64,000 nt of DNA, taken from Antedon mediterranea (taxonomy: Eukaryota; Animalia; Echinodermata). Within the stretch, counting starts at the first letter, position 1, and every line of letters starts with the position of its first letter. Below the pieces are notes generated by a model, which worked only from the letters and a program-made list of their open reading frames with translations, was not told where the DNA came from and did no database searches. Below, piece by piece: positions 1 through 9,330 of the stretch. The translations under genes were made by a program, and so were the position numbers. The stretch lies in assembly GCF_964355755.1 (NCBI RefSeq), contig NC_092670.1:6066201-6130200 (forward strand), in the 5' to 3' direction.

Positions 1-237
1 ATCTATTTTATGTCACAACATTTATTGCTTGCAACATTGCTTGAAAATTATTTTGAGAAAGCTAGTTTCTATCTGATTATCAAATTTTTCCAATTTCTAC
101 TGCCAAGAAAAAAAAAGATAATTTATTCGCACATTATTGAAGCAGGCCCTTATAATTAATACACAATCAAATTGGTTAAATAAGCCCAATATTAGAATTT
201 CTGGTTCTTATTTGCTTATTGTTTTATTCATTTTTAG

Positions 238-350
238 GGGCAGAAGGTAAAAATGGCTACACAGTATATGCTACATACAAGGCCCCAGAACAAGCACAAC
301 AAGCTGTTCACCAACTAAATGGTTATGAATATGAAGGCTCAAATCTTAAG
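238..350 (+). CDS. IGF2BP: IGF2BP/IMP exon: C-terminal part of an RRM domain (gene starts upstream of the window)
   Basis: tttttag acceptor at 236-237 and AAG|GTATG donor. Translates AEGKNGYTVYATYKAPEQAQQAVHQLNGYEYEGSNLK, an RRM C-terminal half, in phase with the next exon. Confidence 0.85.
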
Positions 351-1131
351 GTATGTTTTCTTTGTTGTGTATTTACTGTAGTATGAGAAATGTGAAACCA
401 GATTGGGAATTTGTAAGAGAAAAAACTTGTACTAGCTTGAAGACATTGTCTAGCTTATACATCACAACTAATATACAAATGGTTGCCGATCATGTTAACT
501 ACTGTATTAATGATCTCTTTTTAATTTCCTGTTTGTAATGGCTTTCTAGTCCACAAGAATAATGCCTTGCCACATCACCATTGACACCTGACTTAACAAC
601 ATTATAAAGATGTTTAAGCAGTCATTTAGCCATAGCAACTATCGCCAACAAGACTTGTTTCTTGTATTATTACTGTGGTAATTTTATTTTGGAAAATAAA
701 AATATGGCCATGGGAAAACTGTCTTGGCTTGTCTTGAAACATAATGCAAGATTCTCGTCGTTCTTTGCGTCGTAAAATGATCCGGTTATTAATTTGAAAA
801 TGCATCGCTTCAGTTGATTTTTTTCATCAAATTTTCTACTTAAAGCAATAATTCATGTGCGATGTTCCATCATTGTACTCTCCTCATTTAGATGTTTACT
901 CTTGGGTTTTAGATTGTGGAAAAAAGGAATTCTAATAATTCATTTGAATATGTTTATATGTATACAAATAAGAACTGTAATATCAAATTGTAACCTGAAG
1001 CATTTTATTCAATTCAAATTTACAATTAGTTGCAAAAAATGCATGTTTTCATCTGTCTTGTTTTTATGGCCAGCTAAATCATACATAATAATTGTTTCAT
1101 CGAATGGCATGTATTTTTTTTATCTTCGTAG

Positions 1132-1238
1132 GTAAGATATCACAATGGCCCTCGTGGACAACGACGCTACCGTAACCAATCTGGATTTATGAATAACCAA
1201 CGTGGTTCAGGACGCAGTAAACCAGACTTTTTAATTAG
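1132..1238 (+). CDS. IGF2BP: IGF2BP exon: RRM-KH1 linker
   Basis: cttcgtag acceptor and AG|GTATA donor. VRYHNGPRGQRRYRNQSGFMNNQRGSGRSKPDFLIR; phase 0 in, phase 2 out, joining the KH1 exon in frame. Confidence 0.85.
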
Positions 1239-1689
1239 GTATATCTTTAGTTTTATCTATTTTAATTTTACATAATACAATTAACTAGTGCAATCAGAAA
1301 TGCTGTTAAAATCAAATGAGGTTATCGACAATACTGCCAGTAGTCAATATATATTGGCTCAGTCAATGTAATTGGTCCTATCAACACGATAACCTCGCCA
1401 TCTAATACCTTTGTTTTCTATCAGTAAAGTTGACTTTACATTAGATGTCCACCGTGCCATAAAATCATTCGACAATCTGTAAATATTATTTCCTTTAAAC
1501 GTGAACTTAAAGAATTTATTTCCAGTTAATATTGTTTGTACTGTGTATATATATTTTTTTATCTGTCAACGATTTTAACTTCTATATGAATTTTATATAA
1601 TCATTGTAAATTTATTGGCCTATATTATGTCATTTGAATATTTAATTTAATTTAATATTTTATGTGTTGTACTGTATGTATGTTTTATC

Positions 1690-1768
1690 GAGGGCCCTAA
1701 ATGATCAGTTCTATTAGGAACTGGATAGGCTACCCTCGGTAAAGATGGAAATAAATAAATAAATAAAA
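1690..1768 (+). mobile_element. Retroposon 3' tail with stem-loop and (TAAA)n; related copies at 11997-12069 (+) and 48258-48342 (-)
   Basis: GAGGG.CCCTAA.TGATCAG..CTGGAT...ACCCTC followed by an A-rich tail in all three copies. Confidence 0.65.
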
Positions 1769-1953
1769 CTTGTCAATTTGTGCATTATATAAACTGTATA
1801 CCTAGCCACAAGGCTATAGTAGATAAGCAATTTGAATTAAGCAGTGTATGAATTGGTTTGAACATCCTGTAACATCAGGATCTCTGCTTCTTTTAAGTGT
1901 GCATAATCAGTGTGTCTTAGCATTATTATTATTATTTCATGCTTTCTATTCAG

Positions 1954-2178
1954 GATGCTCGTCCCAAGTGAACTAGTTGGCGCCATCATTGGTAAAGGAG
2001 GTGCTAAAATACAAGAAACCTCAAACACAACCAGTACAAGAATCGATGTACACCGTAAGGAGAACCCTGGCTCTGCTGAGAAGGCTGTCACTATATTTGG
2101 GCTGCCAGAAAACTGTGCTAAGGCTAGCTCAAAGATACACACAACAATGGTAACAGAGAGCCAGAGTAACAACAAAGG
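1954..2178 (+). CDS. IGF2BP: IGF2BP exon: KH1
   Basis: MLVPSELVGAIIGKGGAKIQETSNTTSTRIDVHRKENPGSAEKAVTI has a GxxG loop and the IMP-typical IDVHRKEN.G.AEK motif. Canonical AG/GT sites. Confidence 0.95.
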
Positions 2179-2540
2179 GTAACATGCATTTTATTTTTAC
2201 ATACATTCATTGATTGCCAGAACATTAACAGCACAAATACATTCATCAAAAACAAAAGTAGAGGAGGAAACTGGTACAAGCTCACTGCCTTTTTAAATCA
2301 CTAAAGGTACTAATTATACCATGAGAACGCTCAGTATAAGCCATGCTAGTTGCTGGATCTTATGCAGTAAACATACTGTTGTTTGGTATGTTACTATGTG
2401 AACTGGACTTGTGTAAAGCCACCATCGGCTTTTAAAAAACAAATTGTCCACTTTTAATTAAACAAAGCTGGCGTGTTCGAAAAGAATTGATATAATATTG
2501 TCCAACATAAAATTATTTACTTTTTTTTCCTTACCTTTAG

Positions 2541-2660
2541 AACGGATGTTCCACTTAAACTATTAGTACACAATGCCCTCGTAGGGAGACTGATCGGTGT
2601 TGGTGGACGAACATTGAAAAAAATAATCGATGACACAAAGGCTACCATCAGAATCTCCCC
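2541..2660 (+). CDS. IGF2BP: IGF2BP exon: KH2 N-terminal part
   Basis: [40 protein letters not shown]; cctttag acceptor, GTAAGT donor. Confidence 0.93.
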
Positions 2661-2797
2661 GTAAGTATTGTGTGAATCGACAAATCATTTATTAATTTCA
2701 ACAGAGAATATGCATTCAATCCGCATACAGTTTAAATAGTAACGGCTCATAAAGGCAGCATTTTTGCACCATTATAACAGGAGTTTATTTCCAATAG

Positions 2798-3050
2798 AAT
2801 ATATGAAATGACCTATATCAAACCAGAGAGGACAGTCTTTATTCGTGGCTCAGATGAACAATGTGAAGCCGCAGTGAAAGAAGTGACACAGAAGCTGTTT
2901 GAGATATATCAGAACCATGTACAGAATGTGCAGCAGCAACAACAGCATAATCTCTTCCCTGGCCTAGATCACATGGCGTTGTTCTCTGGAATGGGCAATA
3001 TGCCACAATACAACAATATGTACAACGGTGGATTTAACATGAATGATATG
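2798..3050 (+). CDS. IGF2BP: IGF2BP exon: KH2 C-terminal part and Q/N-rich linker
   Basis: IYEMTYIKPERTVFIRGSDEQCEAAVKEVTQKL...QQQQQHNLFPGLDHMALF, with IMP-like PERT and LFPGL motifs. ccaatag acceptor gives the correct phase; GTAAG donor. Confidence 0.9.
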
Positions 3051-3225
3051 GTAAGCTAAGCACAGTGCTTCAATCACACAATATCCTTGAGTTTGGGTCT
3101 CTCTCTTCATTGTAAACACAAAGTTCACATGGAAATAGTTTTGTGTATGTTGGGCTGCCCGACATTTCAATAGACATTTTACTTGTATTATGCATTTCAT
3201 AACAATTTTCAAACGTGGTTTTACT

Positions 3226-3313
3226 GTGGATAACTGTATGATGAATACATTGAGCCAATCCTGTGAGAGAATCGGTGATATAAAAAACAATGTTTTTCCT
3301 GATGGCTATCCAC
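3226..3313 (+). ncRNA. Candidate intronic box C/D snoRNA, copy A
   Basis: C box ATGATGA 3238-3244, D' GTGA 3263-3266, C'-like GTGATAT 3275-3281, D box CTGA 3299-3302. Terminal stem GTGGATAAC/GCTATCCAC. Guide GAGCCAATCCT is complementary to the conserved 28S rRNA segment AGGAUUGGCUC. Confidence 0.75.
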
Positions 3314-3459
3314 CACTGTTTTTGTGTTTATTATTGCAGTAAATAAATGTTTAAATCAATTAAATTATAAGCGAAAGCAACTATTATTGCACATCCAGCA
3401 TTTAAATTTTAATTGAATATAATAGTAATTGATTTTAATGTGTGCATTTGTATTTTCAG

Positions 3460-3546
3460 GCTCCAAATCAAGGTGGTATTTTACCAGGGTTATACTACCC
3501 ACAAGGTGGCCAGAATAACCAGAGTCAACAACATCCACAAGTTAGT
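3460..3546 (+). CDS. IGF2BP: IGF2BP exon: low-complexity KH2-KH3 linker (alternative donor at 3540)
   Basis: ttttcag acceptor. APNQGGILPGLYYPQGGQNNQSQQHPQ(VS). Two in-frame donors: GTTAGT at 3541 and GTAAGT at 3547. Confidence 0.8.
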
Positions 3547-3885
3547 GTAAGTAATGCAACCACTATCGGTGGTGTCATGTTTAGCCTGCTGCAGCTATTT
3601 TTGAGAACCTGGGGAAAATCTAGGGACCAGCCTAGCACTTCAGACCAATGAGCATTATATTGTTACTTCCCCTAGGCCTAATTAATATTAATAATGTATG
3701 ATTTTTTTTTTGCTACTGATCGAATAAATAATATTCATTGTGTAACCACTGTGCACAGTGATACAAATTTGATGAAAAGAATCCCACAAAATTGTAACTA
3801 TAATAATGAACAAAAAAATGTCATTCTATGCATTTCGACAAGTTTATGAATTCATTTTGAATTATGTGCACTTTAGTAATGCTTG

Positions 3886-3967
3886 GATAACTGAATGATG
3901 AATACATTGAGCCAATCCTGTGAGAGAACCAGTGATGTAAAAAACAATGTTTATCCTGACTGTTATC
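3886..3967 (+). ncRNA. Candidate intronic box C/D snoRNA, copy B
   Basis: C box ATGATGA 3895-3901, identical guide 3909-3919, D' GTGA, C'-like GTGATGT 3932-3938, D box CTGA 3956-3959. Stem GATAAC/GTTATC, plus an outer stem GTGCACT(3866)/AGTGCAC(3980). Confidence 0.75.
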
Positions 3968-4368
3968 ACGGTTTGATGCAGTGCACTATAACAATCTGAT
4001 ACTAGCAGCTGCACAAGTATGGCAATCCCACTTGTGGATGCCTTGAGATGTTTCTATGCAGCGTTCACAATAACACTGGTCCACCGGCCAATGTCATTGA
4101 AATCGAAGACGAAATATCAATATTTTTACTCAATTCACCTTTTCACAATTTCCTTGCAAAACATTTCACAACTAGACTTGAATTTATTTAGTATAGTTTT
4201 TAATTGGAACTTGTGTGTTATGTTTACACTAAGCTAACTGAATGACCTTAAAATAAGCTTTCTGGGTGGGTGGAAGATTTTTAAAGGATCCCGCCCACCT
4301 CCACCCACAATTAATTACATGCGTGTTGTTGCAGTATCTTTTATTTGAAGTCTTTTTCTTTTGCACAG

Positions 4369-4479
4369 TCAAATGAGACCGCTTTCCTGTACATTCCCAA
4401 AGATTCAGTAGGTGCTCTAATTGGTGTCAAGGGTAAACACATTCAGGAAATTGCACGCAAGTCTAGTGCATCCATCAAG
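4369..4479 (+). CDS. IGF2BP: IGF2BP exon: KH3 N-terminal part
   Basis: SNETAFLYIPKDSVGALIGVKGKHIQEIARKSSASIK; ttgcacag acceptor, AAG|GTAAG donor. Confidence 0.93.
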
Positions 4480-4916
4480 GTAAGATGCCTTCCACATGCT
4501 ATTGTTGAATTTGTTCAACCTTTATTGAGATTACCCAAAATTACCTTGAATGTGCCAAACATATTTATTGCAAGCCTTGCATATCTGTTTACCAGATCCA
4601 AAAAATAATTGAAATTGCAAAGCCTAGTTATTTTTTTAACTGAACCCTCTTTCAGATATTTATCTTAAATGTTATAATAGTAAAACTGAAGCTTTTTATT
4701 TATCTTCCACTCCATGCATAATGTGCGGTCTTTGTAGACTGTTCCATTTTGATTGCAGAACTATATAAATGTACATTAAAGCAGGATGTTGGGATTGCCC
4801 TAACTAATCTCAATGCAATGTAAATTAATCATAAACCTCGTTTTAACTTTATTAAAACCTTTCTCATAAATATAGTGTACATATAGTCATAGTTTTTGAT
4901 CCAAATTTTTTTTAAG

Positions 4917-5267
4917 ATTGCCCCAGCTGATGATGATACAAACATGGAACGAAAAGTGACAGTCATCGGCAGCCCAGAAGCACAATGGAAGGCACAATTC
5001 TACATCTATGACAAAATCAGGCGAGAAGGATTCTTCGGCAGTGACGAGGTTCGCCTGGCCTCCGAGGTTGCTGTTCCTGGACGTTTCGTTGGACATATCA
5101 TTGGCAAGAAAGGACGCAATGTTCGTGAATTGCAGCGTGTGACAAGTGCTCGTGTTGAGGTGCCAAAGAACGATGTGAATAATGGTAGTGGAGATGCTGA
5201 GGAGACAACAGATGAGACAGAAAAGGAAGTGTGTGTTCGTATCTTTGGACACTTCTACTCAGCCCAA
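4917..5267 (+). CDS. IGF2BP: IGF2BP exon: KH3 C-terminal part and KH4
   Basis: IAPADDDTNMERKVTVIGSPEAQWKAQFYIYDKIRREGFFG...VGHIIGKKGRNVRELQRVTSARVEVP...RIFGHFYSAQ. The GSPEAQWKAQ and GHFYSAQ motifs are characteristic of IMP proteins. Confidence 0.96.
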
Positions 5268-5701
5268 GTAAGTTAAACAGGAAGACATTTTAGTTCCAAT
5301 AACCACTGTTCTGTAGTATGAAAATTTCCTTATACCATTAATGTAATTACGACCTAGTCATAAATGTAGCACCGAATGTTATTACAACAATCTATCAACC
5401 TGTATATGGGGTGGTATGACATTTGATGCAAATAACTAATGTATTAAGGCATAAATTTGCTGTAAACGAGCTGAATGCTCTATGCTTAGGCTCCTGCAAG
5501 GTTATGCCAGGAACCCTTTAATGTATTTTTTTCGATGAGTTGTGACAGTTGTCTTCAGTTGCTCGCCATTGATTGGTGCACTCGATAGATCGTTGAAAAG
5601 ATAATTGTAAGATGTAAATAGCAGTTTAATGGCGCATGTTCTTACCTGTCAGTGTGGGAATACTATATGGCATAAAATCTGAATTGTTTTTCTTCTTCTA
5701 G

Positions 5702-5839
5702 GCCGCACAACGGCGTATCCGAAGAATGCTGCAGGACTTCTACATGAAATCATCTAGCTACCCACAGTATACTCCACGCCGAAATGCTGGACAAGGACCA
5801 GGACCAGGTCCAGTACCAGAGCAACCAGTCGAAGCTTAA
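5702..5839 (+). CDS. IGF2BP: IGF2BP last coding exon
   Basis: cttctag acceptor. AAQRRIRRMLQDFYMK...EQPVEA* completes the final KH4 helix (AQRRIR); TAA at 5837-5839. Confidence 0.9.
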   Translation, partial: AAQRRIRRMLQDFYMKSSSYPQYTPRRNAGQGPGPGPVPEQPVEA

Positions 5840-8360
5840 ACAACTGTCAAATGATTAAAATACAAAAACAAAATGTTTAAAAAATAAATTTAAAAAAGTT
5901 TTAAAAAAATAGCAAAATATAAAAAATACAAAAAAAAAGTAAAATACAAAAGGAGAACACATTAAGTAGTTCTAAGAGTCTGGACAGAGACTAATGGAAC
6001 TTGCGATTTGTACTGCTTGTTTTTTAATGAACACGAGGCATCAATTCCCTGAAAGACAAAGAGACGAGAAAAAAAACAAAACCTTTTTTGGAACTTTTTT
6101 TTTTAACGAGAAGTATAAGAATTTTATTGTGTTCATTTGTATATGAGGCATATGCTTTTTGATAGTCTGAATTAAATTTTTATTTTTGATATCAAAAAGA
6201 AAAAAAAGGAAATTTGATTTTTGAATTTGGAGTAAGCAAAATATAAATACTTTACATTTAAATATGTAACTCTTTAAAAGTTACAATAAGATGCCGAACA
6301 TTAGGAACACGATTTGGTGAATTCAAATTTAGCCAAATTTTTCCATATACTACCTTCTGGAATTGTATCCCAAAAAACCCAAACATTGCGCCATTTTTGA
6401 CATGCTTAGAAATGACATCAAAGATGTGTTGACCCGTTTTAGCGTGTTCCGTAAAACCCAAATCATGTGTTTAAAACAAGCAGATAAATCTATAAAAAGA
6501 AAGGAAAAGCTGAAATATCTTCGGCAAGAGTTTCAACAACGATGACGAGGATCCTTGCCACGGACGTTTGTTGCTTTTCCTTTCCAAGAGAAATAAAACT
6601 GATAATTTACAAAGCAAATTTATGTTAACAAACATGCAAAAGAAGGTACGGTACTCGGAAATAGTAGTTTCTTGTGATGATAAATTAAAAATTCAAATGT
6701 ATTAACAATAATAATTACAATAATAATTACATTAATTGAAGCATCTTGCCTGTAACATCAGAATATTTGAATTTTTTAAAGGTTGTCTTGAGCTAGCACA
6801 CAAAACATCAATCATTTCCAAAGAACGAATATGTTAGGTTTTCAGCGGTAGCGGCATGTATTACTACTCAATGCAACTGGTTTCTCAAGGCGATAATCTG
6901 TACTGTTGCTAGGAATGCAAACGGGCTTTTCATCATAGTTGGACTATAAACACTTTAGCCATTTGTAGTCTTTTAGATCATGCATATATTAGTGGCGATA
7001 TAACTGTTGTATTTTATCTTTATATGCATGTATTAAATTTAAAACAATTATTTCAGTTGAGAGAATTTATCAATGACATTACATAGCAATGTGGTTAGTC
7101 AATGAATTTTTTTTTTTTTGCATGTTGGTTTTCTAAAAAATATTAGTTATTAATTAAGCTTAAATCATTCTTTTTAATTAAAAAATGTTAATTTACATTT
7201 CGCGTTAATGTGATTTGTACTATGTAGGTGTAGAATTTTTGGCTGGTCTATCTTTAAACGCATTTTTGACTTTTCGGTTTAGAAAAGAAATTCTTTTTCT
7301 ATCCTTAATCTTTAATATGCGTCATCTGCGTAAGATAACCATAATAGGTAATAGTCGTACAGTAATTAAGGTATATATAAGGTTTTTTTCGCAAAAAGTG
7401 CTAGCTCTCGACTTGTCAATCCCCACAAGAAACTACTCCTTCATATATTAAAACTGCCATAAATATATCAAAACTTGATTTCGGTTTGGTGCTTAAAATC
7501 GGATTATTAACGAATCCGATTACCGATCTTCTTTATATGCGTGTTTGCCGACTCTCATCGTCATCACATTATTGTTTACCGCCCGTTTGCAGTCTGAGAA
7601 CACCGCATTTCACCGCATATCTTTCAGCGAAATAAAACAAGTATTTCTGTGAAATTCAAAGTGATTCAATTGTTTCTTTTTATTGTGTTATGTTCTGTTT
7701 AGTTGTGAATTAGTACCATCAACAAATGATTATTCTGGAACCTGTTGTATCACCAGTACAGTATTTCCAAATGAGTAGTGAATTTAGTAATGTTCTGTAT
7801 TTATTTCAATACTTCCATAATTTCTGACTAGCCTATTGTAGTTCATAGAATAAAAAATTAATAAAATCGTGACACAATGTAAAATCCTTCCAAAAATGGA
7901 TTCCTCCCATAATATGGTCCAATTTTCCCAATAGCAGACTAAATGCTTCAAACTCTCGCAAGGTTAAATGGTCCCAAACCAAATCGCAGTACAGTACACC
8001 ACTTTGATGAAAACCAGACATAATATTAGGCGCGCCAGTCCAAAGGTGTCTTGTACTTAGAGAGTTAATCTTTAATTTATTCATCCACCAGGTCCAATCA
8101 GCAGCTGTATTTATTCATTTCCATCACAAACATTGTTGCATAATGGTGGTAGTTGTAACTCGTAAGCATATTGCCCATGACTAACATTTTTATTTCAATG
8201 ATAATTCTTCATTATAGCAGTTGCTACACAGTTATCCTCCATAGAGATAGCTTAGTAGTTAGTTGAGTTTGTTCTCATACCTTTCAGAGTGATACGTCAA
8301 ACACAAAATACTGTACAAGCAAACTCTATAAATAAAATAAACTAATAGTCCTGTATGTTT
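5840..8360 (+). promoter_or_regulatory. Probable IGF2BP 3' UTR with alternative polyadenylation signals
   Basis: A/U-rich sequence after the stop codon. AATAAA at 6592, 7631 and 8331, the last two followed by GU/U-rich tracts. The true 3' end cannot be fixed without RNA data. Confidence 0.45.
6258..6470 (-). pseudogene. FERM N-terminal (F1) domain-like remnant, MYLIP/dnr1-like
   Basis: AKTGQHIFDVISKHV...FFGIQFQKVVYGKIWLNL matches the FERM-N pattern (TG..LFD.V...FGL.F/Y...WL.L) with near-correct spacing. In-frame stop at 6473-6471 and no upstream in-frame ATG. Confidence 0.45.
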
Positions 8361-8879
8361 CTTTTTTTTTTCAATTATTTTATTAATTTATTTGGAATTA
8401 CACCTTCAGATCAGTGGCACACTTAGCACAAAGGTGCCTCTTTTTATAATAACAATTATAAAATATAACCATTAATTTACATTAAAAGTATAAAAGGCAA
8501 AAACAACTGTCAAGCCCTACCTTATCCCCCACCCCTTCGCACAACCCCAACCAATGTAACGGATACATACAGTAGATCATTACTCTACGTAAAAATACAA
8601 AATTATTATTTTTTTATCATTTTTGCCTTTTGGAACAAAAGTGTAGGCTTATGTGGATTTGAATAAATACAAATCTGAAGACATAAATCACAATAAATAA
8701 ACATAAATCGCAACAAAATGCAGTTAAATGCAGTATTCCCAAAAGGAAGATGAAATACAATACAGCCATAATGACTTACCTCACTTTTTTCGGAGTTATT
8801 AGATTGATCATCGATAAAATAGGTAGTACATTTAATAGTATTTTATCAATTTGGTAAAGTACGTACTTTACTGTGCTGT

Positions 8880-9330
8880 AGAGGGCGTAATTAAGTTAAA
8901 AGAGGAGGCAGTGGTTTTTTGCTATAGTCCAATCAAGTGGAAGTATTTTTTTCCCGAAGTGATGCTTGACTGAGCAAGATTTAACAAACGGAGTGGTTGT
9001 GTATTTTCTGGATGTTCTAATGATATATACAATTGTTGAGATGAGGATTTAATAATACTTTTCTAAGGTAAATTTATTTAATTTGTATGTAATAAATGAA
9101 TGTATACTATGATCAATGATATAATTTAGTACTTTCTGTAAGCGAAAGTTGATGCGGCTGAAAAATATCGTTCCAAAGATGAGCACACACCGGGGATAAG
9201 CAAGTGTGATCAGCTGTGGAGACCACTAGGCCGGAAGCAGAAACGGTATATTCCAGGGCGGGGCACAAAGGCTTTTTCTGGTAGTGATTTAAACAGTAGG
9301 TGGTTATTCCAGGCCTACCCTGGGGCCTGG
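8880..9330 (+). promoter_or_regulatory. Possible MYO10 promoter and non-coding first exon
   Basis: Locally GC/CpG-richer island with CCAAT (8929), an AAG|GTAAAT donor at 9067/9068, ETS-like CCGGAAG (9231) and GC box GGGCGGGGC (9256). The ATG exon at 22123 has an acceptor, so an upstream exon must exist. Confidence 0.35.

Noticed and set aside
1837-2175. Minus-strand ORFs overlapping exons (also 4887-5252, 59447-59629, 63106-63303)
   Set aside because: They are antisense shadows of real + strand exons.
2781-2797. Alternative acceptor AACAG at 2779-2780
   Set aside because: It adds 17 nt and shifts the frame; only the 2797 acceptor preserves KH2.
4008-4075. Hairpin GCTGCA/TGCAGC with inner GGCA..TGCC followed by ACAATA, as an H/ACA RNA
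   Set aside because: The box is too far from the upper stem and no convincing second hairpin follows.
5529-5650. Stem TTTTCGATGA/TCGTTGAAAA, then AGATAA, then GTAAGA/TCTTAC, as an H/ACA RNA
   Set aside because: The first hairpin is very asymmetric, relies on several G-U pairs, and no ACA follows the second stem.
6345-6358. let-7 site in the IGF2BP 3' UTR (TACTACCTT)
   Set aside because: It is not a full seed match (CTACCTC); a single imperfect site is expected by chance.
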